Positions 30,630 to 44,619 of a stretch of DNA of 64,000 nt are shown piece by piece. The position numbers and the translations under genes are program-made. Origin of the DNA: Eledone cirrhosa (lineage: Eukaryota); the NCBI GenBank assembly GCA_964016885.1, contig OZ024753.1, forward strand, positions 45,942,001-46,006,000. The letters are read 5' to 3'. Numbering within the stretch: position 1 is the stretch's first letter; the number at the start of each line of letters is the position of its first letter. The notes below the pieces were generated by a model, which was given only the letters and a program-made list of their open reading frames with translations, was not told the DNA's origin and did no database searches.

Positions 30630-32469
30630 GAGAGTATAGGGAGAAGGGAGTAGTACATATAACCCTTTTAGAAACTCCAATACTAATTGGAATTTCAGCT
30701 AATCCGTTAATCCTGCTGAAAATATTTCGTTGAAAGGTCTCTGTAAATGTTTTCATTATGATGGATTTAAACTCGTAATACACAGAATATGTTTACTACA
30801 GTAATATTGATTAGGCCCACGGCTGTTTACTAAAACAATAACATTGTTTCATTATTTGACACGATGCAGTTAATAATGTTAGTCCAATTTTGTCATGAAC
30901 ATTTCTAAATATATTCTATAATTTCACATATTTGAATTAAACCCATTTCAGGCAAGGGGCTCATAATTTTCTTGAATTGTATAATGCCGTGTGGAGGCGC
31001 ATATCCTTAGTTTTTCGGTGTTGGGATCCTAATAAACATTAGCTTAAAATATCGATAGTGAATCATTGTGTTCCGTTATGGTTTATGAGTGGCTATTCTA
31101 TGCAGTAATCTATTGTGTATGTACAGTGAATAACATGAGCTGAGATACAAGGAATATATGAAAAGTCTGTAAATAACTGGGACCATAATTTTCAAGATAT
31201 CGTCCTCGTGAATGTCTACTGCATTAGATTGGTAATGTCTAACTTTGTTACGTGATTTTATACGAGGGAGAATAATATTAGGTAGAAGCCGACTGACCAG
31301 AAATTTAAAATAAAACTACGATGGCCAGCAGAAAGAATTAAAGTGTTAACATGTAGGAGTTTCAAGGAAGTACTGAAATGTCTAGCGATTCAGTTCTACG
31401 TTTCCTAAATGGGAACATTGGATCCTAGTATCCTAATACATTTCCCTGAGAATGGTAAAAGTGGATAGACTTCAGATAATAGGAATCTGATGTGTACATT
31501 GATCTCAATATTTCTGCTTCACGGTATGTCAAAATTTAATTTATATCCATTTGTCAATATGATTGATTTGGAAATAGAAGCTCGTGCACATACACATCCA
31601 TTTCATTTAATCACAGTTTGTATCAATATATTAATACGTTTCCATTGATAATGTGCGTTTACGGATCAAGTAAATTCTCATTAACGACGTTCAAGATAGT
31701 ATGATGATTCAATATTATAATATAATAATAAACTTTCGTCATGAATACATCTTTTCATTTCATGAATGCTTAATGATAGATAGATATACCTGAGGTAAAT
31801 TTAGAGATTGTGTGACCAAAGCGACAAAATTAATGTTTCAATTGTCATTCTGCTATATACGTAGGTTTCTTATATCAGTGCATAAATAAATGGGATTAAT
31901 AATGTAGTGGCTGCTGTCAAAATAATAATTTATCTTGCGTATGTGATTAATCAAAGTCATTTCGTATGAGAATGACATTTCAATAAGAAGTAATCGTCTT
32001 CAAAACAAACACCTCTTATGAATTTTAGTTGTTTCTAAAATCGCTGATAATAACGAAGATTAATTTGAATGTCAGTACATTATTAAACTGAATTGAATGG
32101 AATCGTGTTTTGCAAACTTTGCAAATTGTCTAAACAATGTTAATATGAGTGGAGTCATGAAGGAAGAGAGGATCACTCATAGATTAGGAATCATAGTTTC
32201 AATACGCTGGTTCAATTCATTTATCTTCCTGTTAATTGTTCTCTCTTGTTCAGAACGTATTTTGTGTTAATAATTGCCCTGCTGCTTATGTGAGTCCAAT
32301 GTGAGAGTCTTATAAGCAATAAAATGTTTCTTGAGGCTTAGGCTGAAAGAAATATCTCTGTGGTTTGTGCATATTTATGGACCAAACAGAGTCATAAGAT
32401 GTTTTAAACTTGGTGAGGCTCATCCCTCTGCAGGTTGAACCTAGTTTTCCAGGGAAGAAAGAGAGAGGA

Positions 32470-32627
32470 CTAATCTACCCAAGTACTGGACAAGTAGTTT
32501 ATCGACTTCCAAAGGATGAAAGGTAAAGTTGACCTTGGCAGGATTTGAACAGATCCTCAAGAGCCAGAACAAATACAGCAAGGCATTTTCTATCCAATTT
32601 TCTCTCAATTCTGCCAATTTTTTGCCT
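32470..32627 (-). mobile_element. Same SINE family as 62252-62440, reverse orientation
   Basis: TTTATCGAC..AAGGATGAAAGGTAAAGTTGACCT..GGATTTGAAC is the reverse complement of the core and B box. Confidence 0.8.
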
Positions 32628-33824
32628 ATAATTAGAAGTATAAGCAAGTGAATTACTTCTGAAAGCTCAAGCGGCAGGTGAAGTAATTTATGATATGATA
32701 GCTGGAATATTAGTCAATGTAAATGAACATCAAAGAAAATATGTCAATCAAAATCTGTGTTGAAGGAGAAATTGATCAGGACATCACCATTTGAGATTGA
32801 ACACAGAACCAAGAGATTATAAAGTAAATGTTTTAAACACTCCCCTTGCTAACCCTGCACCAGTTCCACCTTCATAATTAGGCAATGCTTATGGCAATGA
32901 ATCTAATGGAATCTGATTTTCTTTGGATATCCACGACTTTCAGTAGTAAATACATTCATAGTATATTCTTTACTCTGAATTGTTGCAAACATAATGATTT
33001 TCTTTAGTTAAACTAAAGATTAAGTAAGCGTTTGGGAAAATATAATCGATTACATATACAGCAGTAAAAGACTAGTTCAAATTTATTGATTACAGTATGA
33101 AGCGGAATATAGTTCGGCGTAGAAAAACAATATTCTCAATTTGGTATTTCAACTGACAATTTTACACTTTTTGTTTTTGTTAACACAACCTAAATATTAA
33201 TTTCACACATTAGCAAAAGGTCATAAATATGTAGAGAATGGGGATTATGTGGAATATTATTACCCTATATATGACTTTCTCAATGGATCTAAAGGTTAAA
33301 TTGATGTCGGCATATATAAAGGGCAAACAAAATACATTTATGAATAATATACAGCATCCTAACTACATAACATCAATTTTTTTTTAAATGATGAGATAAA
33401 GTCAGAATTTTCTTACACATTACTCTTCTGACAAATTGACAGACTCGTTAGATCATCGGACAGTATCTCCCGTGCCATTCATTCAACCTATCAGTGATCT
33501 GATTTCAGATCCATGTGTAATACCTTGAAAAAACGATTTAACGATTTCTCATAAGGCTGCAAATTGACCAAGATTTTGATACACGGAGATATGAGCACAA
33601 TTACGTGTAGTGGGCCCAGTCCTTTGAATACTTCCTCCGAAGATGGGTGCTTTCAGCTTTGTTTACTTCAGTCGAATGCATTCAAAGTCACAGTTCCAAG
33701 AATTAATAAATTTCTCTATATATATTGAAGGTTACCTACCCACCCACCTTTTTACAAGAGGTTGTAGCAAATGACCTCATATCTGACAAACACCTCCACA
33801 ACATCTTCAGGGTTAATTTAAGTG

Positions 33825-33910
33825 GATGGACATGACCTTGAATGGTATTTATCATACGTCCATTCTATCTGCATGGTCTGGCCTAACCTAGGGCTAAACA
33901 TAGACAGCAA
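33825..33910 (+). mobile_element. 3' end of a dispersed repeat with CAA-rich tail (related degenerate copies near 18560-18640, 25960-26010 and 60310-60400)
   Basis: Shared ...GACC(T)AACCT(A/G)GGGCTAAAC-type end followed by a (CAA)n-like tail. Copies are divergent. Confidence 0.4.
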
Positions 33911-36900
33911 TAAATACAACACATAATGTAAGCGTTTGTATAATGAAAACACAAAACACTATTGATACTCACTGTATCAATAGATTTTTACAGTGAAGTA
34001 AAAAACAACAGTACAAAACAAAAAGACAAAAATAAAGAAATATAATTCTTGGGAAGTCTTAGAAAAGAACCTTGCATAAATTACTACAAGAAAACCGATG
34101 CTAGACAAATTTGATTGTATTAATTTCGGGTTTTGTTTTTTCTTAATTTCAATTTGATGTTTTCTTTTAATTGTATGACATTAAACTATTTTTTCTTTCT
34201 TTCTTATATTTATTTTTATACAAATTATTATTATTGTTTATTTGTTTTATTTTTCTTCACTATTTCGTAATTAGAATTTTATAGTTTTTAATTGGCAATC
34301 ATTCCGTAATTAAATCAGGTTTGACATGGTTGTTTCCAGCAGCTTGAATAGGAAAAAACAAAAACGAATGAAAGCATCCGTCATTAGGAGAATGCCTTAT
34401 ATATTGACAATGGTAAACGTTAATACATTGGGGCGTAAACACAGATAGAGAGAGAGCCATGTTAGCGGAAAAGAAGAAAAATAAATAGGAAAATGGAAAA
34501 AAGGTAACTAAAAAAAACGAACGAACGAACAAACCCCATAAACGTGAAATTCGAGAAAGGAAACAATATTTTTAATTTGACACAGGACTGTGATTGGACA
34601 GCGTGTATCTAATTAAAATCAAATGTTGTAACAGAAAAGATCAAATCAAGATCCATTCACATATAACAGAAAAACATGCAGAAAAAACAAAAGAGAAAAA
34701 AAAGAAATGGAATCATGGAAGCCAATAGATATCAAAGTGAAAAAAAGTTTGAAGGTAAAGAAGCATTGTAAATGGAATAATTGAATAAAACAACAGATAG
34801 AGAGAGGCCGGATATCAGAAAATAAAAAGAAAGTTTATTTCTTGAGACGTAACAAAATAAATGACACTTTTAAAGAGAGCAACACTATAGCTTAGTGGAT
34901 TTATAATTTATTTCCCCTGGAACGTAATCAGAGAGAGAGAGTGAGTGAGTGAGTGACTTTCTATGAAACACAAACACTAATCTCTAAATATCTATATTCA
35001 ATGCAGAAGACATAAAATTCAAGTATGGAATATATACTGCCTCTCAATCTATGATGCAGAGATTTAAGCAATTTTTAGGAAGTAACAAAATGTTAGAGAG
35101 AGTTAGGCAGAAAGACAAATCACTACAGAGACTGGGAATAAATATATTTAGATTAAGTGCATTGATATTCATTGTGTTGTTAGGTGTTATAAGGTAGGAA
35201 CATCTCCACAGTTTTCACTCTTCGTATCGAAGATCAAATATGTTCTCCTCCTCCTCTTTTGTTTATTTTATATTTTGATTCATAGAGACTTCGGTTTGTT
35301 CAGCTTATTTATTTTAGTCAACGAAATTTCATTAATGACTTGAAGTTGTCGCTCCCTGTCTGTCTTGTGTAGACTTAAACATTGGTTTAACCATACCTAC
35401 TCAATCAGCTTTGATTAATGAAAGTTGTCTTCTTCGCTACATTAATTGTGTTAGTGCTTCATTTCAATAATTACTTAGATATATTTCATCGAAATTAAAC
35501 GACTAGCATTAAATAATGTTCCAGAAAATCAAATATTTATCTCGGTTACATTGTTTAGACGTTGTATAACATTATGGCAATTATTTAAATCTTATGTGTA
35601 ATGCACATTATCATGGTTATAGAATACAACCTAATATGTAATACATGTTTAACTCGCTCAGTAAACTTCTACACTCAGTCACTGCAACTAGTAACGAATG
35701 TCACAATAACTTTTAGTGGGAAGCATCATTGTGGTCACAGGACTTCAAATCAGACTCTAAATTCAAACGGTGATATACAAAATAGGGGATGATCATGTCG
35801 AGAATGCTTCAGACAATAGGTCACCTGTCTTTAGAAGGAACGGTGTCTTAAATATATGACAAGAAAATTATTTCCAATGTTTACCGGATACATTACATTG
35901 GGGAATTTGATATTGTAGATAGGTGGGTGTAGTGTGTTTCTAGAAGTTGATCTACTTGACTTTATTAGAAGATAACATTTCACTGCTCATTATCTTCCAT
36001 CAAACCTTCAAACATTCCCTGTTCACGGTAGTGAGTCAATTACGGGAGCAGTCGGATATATAACGGACAACATTATATAACCTGACTTCACTCTTAAGTT
36101 ATATGTGAGAGATATACCGATATGATTTTGCTTCAAACAGCTTCTGATTTCAAGGTTTATTTTAATTAGTCAGTGGATCAATAACTATATTAATAACCCT
36201 AGATGCGATACAATTCAGTAATATATGCCATCGAAAATGGCAGGTGAATATTTAATTAATTCCGCAATCTAATTGCTACCGTAACAGATAGAATTGGATA
36301 CAAAAGCAGCGTGTAATATTCGGCACTATTTTATATACTAAATGTCACGTTATGTGTTCTTCCAATAGTATATTTCATATCTGATGTACTGCTATTCATA
36401 AATTGCTCTGCAGGAATCTACTGGATTAATCAATCTGAAATGGGTAATTCTCATATTTATCTTTCTATAATATCGTAAAGAATAGTGAGCAGAGTACATA
36501 ATTACTTATACAAACAAACGTGTATTCATTTTGAGTTACATATCAAATATCTTCAATCTCTGAATACAAATTGTAGGATGAAGCCAGCGTTATTATTGTA
36601 AGGCATATAAATACCATGAACAATGGCAAAGCAATGTAATTATATGTTCAAATTTATTTAGGAAAGCTAGCTTGCAAATATCCTAATTGACAATATTATT
36701 TACACAATAGACTAGATGTTGTTTAATCACAAGTTCAGGTCAGTTCAATTCACAAATTTTTTGTTATGTACGGCATAACAATCAAATACACAAGACTCTT
36801 GTTGAAATAATAACGGATATAGCATATTGGTCAGAGATTAAGAGGGGAAAAGTCACATTCCTTTGGACAAATGTTATTGCAGCTTAAGCTTAGTAAAACA

Positions 36901-37261
36901 TATCACTTCAGAGTGAACTAGACGTTACATTTATCTGATTTATGTTCCCTCGTTTTTCCCGTTTTTCCACAGACTCTCACTGACCATGACTTCAAAAGGC
37001 TTACACAGTAAGAAGTGACATTCTCACACCACCACAATTTATCTATCACACATTCCGCAAAGTCTCTCGTCTCTTAAGTTGCAATGAACGTTATGATGCC
37101 ACTAGTAATTAAAAGGAAACAATTGACCAGATCCCAGACCTCATTCCGTTACTTAATGGGCTGGAACACGTCAAATAGGATCAAAGAAACAATCTTTCCA
37201 TCGGTCTGTCCACTGCTAATACTATCTACCGGTCGTGTCCCCTGCCAGAAGAAACAAAGAG

Positions 37262-37358
37262 ATACTCAAGGATATAATGCACCACCCGGTCTGGAAATCG
37301 AACTCACAGCCTCACGATTGCGAATCTAATTCCTTAACCAAAAAGCCGTGCACCCTCA
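37262..37358 (-). mobile_element. SINE tRNA-like head fragment
   Basis: Minus: GGCTTTTTGGTTAAGG A box and GAGTTCGATTTC B box. Confidence 0.65.
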
Positions 37359-38954
37359 TTAATTAAAGCTTTTTAAAATCGAAATATCGCCATTCTTTTG
37401 AGCCTATTTCCAGAACAATTTCATTCAGGAGAACAGTAATATTTGAAACGATGGCATTCTACGTTATTGAATAGATACACTTTTCCCTGTAAAACTAAAA
37501 TATCGATGTTTTTTCCCTGTTCTTTCCCTGGTACCTATTCGGTCACATCAAATAAGACCAATGTACGATAATCAATATTAAAATTAACCACAGTCGAAAC
37601 TTAAAGAGAACGTAGCATAATCTACCGATAAATATTTTAACTAAACTGGCAATCATTGTGATGGAATGTACAGTACAGAAATTATTTATTGTTCCGCGGT
37701 GGCATTCATACTTCACCACACACATTACTTGGAAAATCAACGATGGCTTCATCTCGATATTAGAATCGCCTCACTTCATTTTACGAACATAAATTTACAC
37801 AAGTTTATTGAATTTATTTTTATTTTAAAAGGTGGGACGGACGGATTTTGTATACTTGATTTAAGAGAGGTTCTTATTGGTTTCCCGGGTGTCGTAAACG
37901 TCAGTTTTCATTTATTCCCAGTTCGCTGGGAAAATGATAAGCATGAAGTTCATAATAATATTTTGAAATTCAAATTGACTTTCACAGGAAATATAACCCA
38001 TTTTTATTAAAATTCTCTGCTGTGTATAATCTATTTATGCTAGCATAAATATGTTCATAGGGGTCGGTGAATATTGAACATCACAAGGGAGCGTTTTAAT
38101 GTATTCAGTAATGTGTTAGTAATCTATAATGGTTCTATATAATAATCATAGCTGCTTTTCAAATATCGAGCAGAATATTTTGGATTAACATTGTATTGAT
38201 TTCTTACTATGCCATAAGGCAGTATAATAATTTCGAGGGAATAATGTGCATCGTATAAGAATCACATGGATGAACGGGGAAAAATCTATATCGTAGTGGG
38301 ATTAGAGCTTGTGTCTTTTTCCCCCCCTCTGCTGATTGTCATGTGGCAGTTATTCATCACTTACAAATGTTGCAAGTAAACGAGGAGATATATACGTAGC
38401 TACTCCATCTGCTAGATAGAGAAGCTAAGTGTCATTAAAAAACTCATTTTAATAGGACGAATTGAAGTGTTTACTCCTAGGTACACTATTCCTAAATATA
38501 AAACAGTGGAATCATAAAGTGAAAGTATTTGTATGTTCCCGGTACTCCTGGTGGATTCATAAGGACATCCTAATGATATAAGGTATTATTTAGATATTTT
38601 CTACTTGAACGACTGTGACTCGTTCGGTTCGCCGTCTCCCGAGGGACAGTTCAATAGATGACCATTTTTTCATATTCTTCTGACAATATTTCGTGTAGCA
38701 CCATTACTGCTGCCTTCCAGCCTTCAAATTTTATTATTTTTGGGGATTAAACCAATTCCCAGTTTTTGTTTTCCTGTTTTAATGGATACATTTGTTTTGA
38801 CTTTCTACTTGAGACGACTGAAAACATTTTTGTTGTTGGTGTATGTAATTTCTTCATTGGTTTTGTAGTTCTTGTTGTTGATGTTAATGTTGTCGCTGAT
38901 GTCGATTTATGGTGTTGCTATAATGTGTATCAACGTGTTTTTTTTTTTTTTTTT

Positions 38955-39282
38955 GTGGTGGTGGTGGTGGTGATGGTAGCGGTAATGGTGATGGTAGATG
39001 GTAGCGGTGAAGGTGGTAGTGGTAGCAGTGAAGGTGGTGGTAGTGGTGATGATGATGATGGTGATGGTACCGGTAATGGTAGCAGTGATGGTAGCAGTGA
39101 AGGTAGTAGTAGTGGTAATGATGATGCTGGAGGTGGTGGTGGATGCGGTGGTGGTAGCGGTGAAGGTGATAGCAGTGAAGGTAGTGGTAGTGGTGATGGT
39201 GGTAGTGGTAGCAATGAAAGTGGCGGTGGTAGTGGTGGAGGTAGTGGTAGTGGTGCTGATGATACTGGAGGTGGCGGTGGCC
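38955..39282. repeat. Degenerate (GGT/AGT/GAT)n trinucleotide tract
   Basis: Direct reading. Confidence 0.9.
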
Positions 39283-39451
39283 ACGTTGGTGGACAGTCGG
39301 CTGTTCTACATTGCGGACAGCCCGCTTTTGAATCCAGCAGATGGAATTTAGTCAGCCGCGATTCTTATATATCTACACACACACACACACACATAAGTAC
39401 AGATAAATTCATACATGCATACAATTGCACGTACACACATATACACATACA

Positions 39452-39488
<37 letters not shown>

Positions 39489-39648
39489 CTAGGCATACAT
39501 AAATACACACATATACATATACATGTAAATACAATGTTTCTCATTGTCTAGCTCTTATGTTTGTATGTGTGTGTATGTATACGAGTGTGTATGTATACGA
39601 GTGTGTATGTATATATGTGAGTGTGTATATGTGAGTGTGTATATGTGA

Positions 39649-39978
39649 TATGGACTCCATAACAACACATCACCTGCTATTTCTTCCTTGCTGCGCCAAC
39701 AGTGGACTGCAAATCTGAGTCTCTGTCCACGTATTGACCTGATGATAGGTGGTATATTGCCATAGAGATCCTTATTTGTTGGGTGTTCCCTCCAAGACAC
39801 GTTTAAAGCAGCATGGAGCAAGAAACGCTGGTCGTCCCAAGAAGACATATGTCAAGCAACTTGAGGACGATACTGGATGCACTGCGGAAGAACTGGCAAA
39901 CGTTATGAGAGACAGAGATGGATGGAGGAAATGTGTCGTAGAAAGCCGAGCAAGCTCGACCTGATGATGATGATGATG
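39649..39978 (+). mobile_element. 5'-truncated RTE-clade LINE with 5' inversion, (TGA)n tail and ~23-bp TSD
   Basis: Minus 39651-39813 encodes AALNVSWREHPTNKDLYG...RLRFAVHCWRS...LLWSP. Plus 39809-39964 continues HGARNAGRPKKTY...DRDGWRKCV...ST*. TATATGTGAGTGTGTATATGTGA occurs at 39626-39648 and 39979-40001. Confidence 0.9.
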
Positions 39979-40322
39979 TATATGTGAGTGTGTATATGTG
40001 AGTGTTTAACTGTGTGTGTGTGTGTGCACGAGAGAGATGGTAGAGGTTGTAGTATTAAAGATAACTTTAATATTGCAGCTGGAATGGTAGAAAAACGAAA
40101 TTCCTCATTAGATTCTGTGTTCTGTCACCAGACATTTTCAGTGATATTATTTAATTTCCGTTTCATAACCATGTGTTTATAATTCCAATAATATTTCCTT
40201 TTGGCATTTTAGTTGCCAAGAGAAATTGAGCCAGATTCAATCGTTATGCAATCTAACAGCCAATAGAAAATTTAGGATATGTGTGTGTGTATATATATAT
40301 ATATATGCGTGTGTGCGTGCGT

Positions 40323-40358
<36 letters not shown>

Positions 40359-41869
40359 TTTTGTGTGTGTGTTTGTGTGTAAATCAAATTACGAAATATG
40401 ACAGATTTTGTGGGATGCCGTGTGAAATGTGAAATTGACTGTAGTAAAACCTGAGTAAAAACTAGATTTGAGACAGTTGTTCTATAAACTCTATAATTTT
40501 AAAGATATATAGAAATATGAGGCAGACATGTCTTGTATTGTATTGTAATCTCGGGTTACCTTAAGCCTTGGGCGAAACATTGGATAGACTGACACTGGAA
40601 CACTATCAGATTGATTTTATCAGTAATTCAAAAGTACATCCTTATCAAACAGTTCCTCACGCTGATAGTACTAGGGGCTAAATGTAAGGGACCGGGTTTT
40701 TATAGAATACATACCCAGTTAGCATATCATTTCAATACACGCTAGATAGCTTGTTTAATATGCTATATAAATAATTATTTTGAGTTTGAAGAAGATTGCC
40801 TATCTTTGGGAGAAGAATGGTTTCACCCGAAAGATGAATTAAAACCAAAGTCCTATTTCTCACTTATACAGACAGTGAATCTGTCGCGAAAAAAATGGTC
40901 CTTTTCTTATGCCCATGAAGCACGAACCCCCTCAGACTAACAAACTTCTCTATTAAGGTGTAATATTCGGATCCGGTCCTGTTAGGAATCTAATCAGGTG
41001 TAAGTTATTGATTCTGTTACAACGTAACAACCCGGTTTATACCGGTAATTACGTTTACCATATAATAAGTGAACTTTCAGGAATGATACAACGTCAGATT
41101 TAAGGAATTAGTGTACATATATTTTAGACATGATTAAATCAACTTTAAAGTTTGTATCTCAGGGAGATCGATAATATATAATTAAATAAGATAGTGCCGT
41201 TCCTTCTTTTAATCATATGGGTGGGGTGGATCTGTGGGGTGCCCAAACTACCCCCGGGGGATGGTCCCACTCCTATTGGGGAATTTGGTTGTTATTTTTT
41301 TTACTGTTAATGATTCCTTTTTTTTAATTTTTATACACGTTTTTATGTAAATCCCTGCTGTCCCTTCTCTTTTATTGTAATTCATATTTCGGGCCTAATG
41401 ACAATCAATTACTACTACAACTACTATTACTGCTAGTAGCATTACTGTCGCTACTTCTATCGCCACCACTTCTATAGATAGTAATTCTGCCTCTTACTAC
41501 TACTACTAAAAACATTACTACGAGTAGTAGTAGTAATAGTAGTAGTAGTAGTAGTAGTAGTAGAGCACGGCTGTTACTATGCGACTGCAGTAGTAGCAAC
41601 GTCACAATATATTTCGTATGTCGTGTTGTTGCTATAAGACTGTAACAACAACACAGGTGCTGTGACATTACTATGTTAGTTGCAACAGGAACCTTACTAC
41701 GTAACTCTGTTGCTAAGTGCCAGGTTGCTATGTGTCTACCAAACTAACCATGTAGCATTCTCTCGATATTGGAATGCATGCCACTGTTTAATGTAGTATC
41801 AATGCCTGCTGCTAACTCTTTCTTCCTTGCTATTTTACTGATAAATACTTATACTACCTGTAGTTGCAG

Positions 41870-41938
41870 CTAGGTATATATACTTATATCATATATATAT
41901 ATATATGTGTGCGTGTGCGTAAATGTATACATATGTGC

Positions 41939-41977
<39 letters not shown>

Positions 41978-42089
41978 CATGTGCGTGTATCTATATATTA
42001 TTTTTTGCGTATAGACATGTATATCATATGCATATGATATATATATGTATGTGTATGTGTGCATATATATATGTGTATGGATGCATATA

Positions 42090-42127
<38 letters not shown>

Positions 42128-42290
42128 TATAGACATGTATATATATATATGCATATGTGTATGTATGCATATATATATATATTTACATATATATATATAT
42201 GCATATATATATATATATATATGCATATATATGTGTGTATGTGTGTGTGGGGGGGGGATTTAGTGTATATATATATATATATATATATAC
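41870..42290. repeat. Compound TA/GCATAT microsatellite
   Basis: Direct reading. Confidence 0.85.
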
Positions 42291-43140
42291 GATTTATAAT
42301 ATATATCATATATATCTTACGGCATCACATTGTTCCTGCGTCACTGTTGCTAGGTCACAGCTAACCCTGCTGACTGGAAATATCTACGTCATCATCGTTG
42401 ATGTTGTTCTTGTTGTTATTGTAGTTATAGTTGTTGCTACGCCACAGTTGCTTGAAGTCATTTTATTTGATGTTTTTGTTCCTCACACACTTGATATTCT
42501 CTTACTTTCATCGGCGGTACTATGATAAATAGACACGTCATTGATAAAACCGATATATCGTTATCTGGAATTTTATAATGGAATATACCGAGGATTGGGA
42601 GGAAGGCTTCAATAACAAAAAAAGTAGCAACTACTACTACTACTACCACCACCACCACTATTATTACTACAACCACCACTACTACTACCACCACCACTAC
42701 CACCACTAGTACTACTACCACCATTATTACTACTACTAGTAAAACTTAAAACAAAAAAAAAAGCAATGATGGTAATGTTAATAACAACAACAAGATTAAA
42801 GCAACTACAATAAAAAAAAACAGCAATAATAATAATAAAAACAACAATGACATCAAGAGCGAGGACATCACCAAGAACAACAGCAACAATGACAAAGAGA
42901 AAATAAAAAGTAGCTGTCGGCAAATATAGTAGATTATGAATATATGTGTGCATGAGTGTGTGTATATATGTATGTACGTACATATGAATGTATGTGTATG
43001 AATGTATATGTACGTATAGGTATGTATACGTAGAGTTAGATAGAGTTTTAAAAAAGGGATATTGTTAACTGTAGGACTGTTCTAGATGTACCTTGCTGGG
43101 TTTGCATGCATTCACAGAGATCAGAAATATGTATATATTA

Positions 43141-43287
43141 TCATGTATGGTGGCTAAATAGTGAATCTTTTTATTCTGGAGTTTCACCTGCTTCTTCACA
43201 GGGTCATCAAGTAAAAACTGATGACCCTTTGAGGGCGCAAGTGAAACTACAGTATAACAAGACTCACTATTTGGCCACAATAAATGA
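43141..43287. repeat. Long imperfect fold-back (~69-bp arms, ~9-nt loop)
   Basis: 43141-43209 aligns colinearly to the reverse complement of 43219-43287, e.g. AGGGTCATCA/TGATGACCCT and GTGGCTAAATAGTGA/TCACTATTTGGCCAC. Confidence 0.85.
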
Positions 43288-43363
43288 ATATTAAACTCTA
43301 CTTCGTTACTGAGTACTCTTTTCTCCAGCCCAACAACTACATGGGGATATATATATACATATA

Positions 43364-43440
43364 CAGTGGCGGACTGGCCAGGTTACCCAATGTCAAGTGG
43401 GCCCCGAGGAGCCCACAGTAGCATTGCAGGACCCAGTGTA
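43364..43440 (+). mobile_element. DNA transposon terminus CAGTGGCGGACTGGCC, duplicated in direct orientation at 43738-43769
   Basis: CAGTG(G)CGGACTGGCCAGGTT(A/G)CCCAATG occurs twice, each time after TA repeats. Confidence 0.55.
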
Positions 43441-43780
43441 GTATTTTAGGGGTCAATGCTTTGCTTTCAAAAAATATCTGAAGTCTAAGAGAAAGAATAA
43501 ATTTTTTTTAAAAATAAATAAAACAATTAAGCAAATTATTTGGTCAACCAATTCCCCAGGGAATTAATAGAAACCAAAATATACTAGAGACGGTGGGTAT
43601 CCTGTTCTTGGCTTCAATCCTAGTCGAGAGGTACATTTTTCAGTTTTTATTTTACATCCCAAAGATTATTCCTATGTGTGTTTAACTGTTGAATTAAGTT
43701 AATGTGATTATAGCAAACAAATATATATATATATATACAGTGCGGACTGGCCAGGTTGCCCAATGGCAATATATATATAT

Positions 43781-43854
43781 ATTGTTATGCTTTGGGAGGG
43801 TCATGTTGCCAATAAGAAACACACGCACCAGTTGCTTTCACTCAAATTCAGGAA

Positions 43855-43919
<65 letters not shown>

Positions 43920-44072
43920 ATATATTTATTAAAATAACAGATTAAAGTTTAAGCAAATCTTCAAATTTATTATTATTACTATATATATATATTTCGTTTC
44001 TGAATTTGAAAGTGAAAGCAACTGGTGCGAGTGTTTCTTATTGGCAACATGACCCTCCCAAAGCATAACAAT
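43781..44072. mobile_element. (TA)n-embedded element: ~77-bp inverted repeats around (TA)n and a 59-bp core
   Basis: 43781-43857 is the reverse complement of 43994-44072 with few differences. The core 43922-43980 matches two pieces of the 14.2 kb module. Confidence 0.75.
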
Positions 44073-44619
44073 ATATATATATATATATATAATGAATTAA
44101 GTAGAATCAGCAGTGTGGATCTTCCTCCGTTAGTATCAATCTTTAGCTGTCACTCACTCTGTGACTTACATGTAGAATCTCCCTGAATATTACCTTGGAA
44201 GAAAAGTGTTATTTGCAAGAGTCAATGTCGAATCTGACGCATGTGTGTTTATCATTGATGTAATCTATTATTTTTGTATTTATGTATTTATGTAGTAATT
44301 TAACCAATTTATATGCCTGTATAGAACTAGTAAGTAATATCAGCCATCTGTACCCCTTAGAGAAACAACAAATTAGAGAAAAAATAAATGAATGTGAAGA
44401 ACAACGAGAGGCAAATGAAGCATAATTAGGAAAAGAGAGTTGCAGAAAAACAAGCATCTAAACATTTCCGGTTTAACCTCCATGCACTGAAAGATACTGT
44501 TTATAGTAAATCTTTGATTATAATTTGCTTCTCTAATGCTGCTAGTATTTTAAAGAGCAGCTTCAATATGTAACCCCCCCCCCCCCCCCCTCTCAGACTG
44601 GTAGATTCTACATTAGAAG

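Noticed and set aside
38766-39551. Gly/Ser-rich 261-aa ORF
   Set aside because: Trinucleotide tract joined to poly-T and TA/CA repeats, with no domain.
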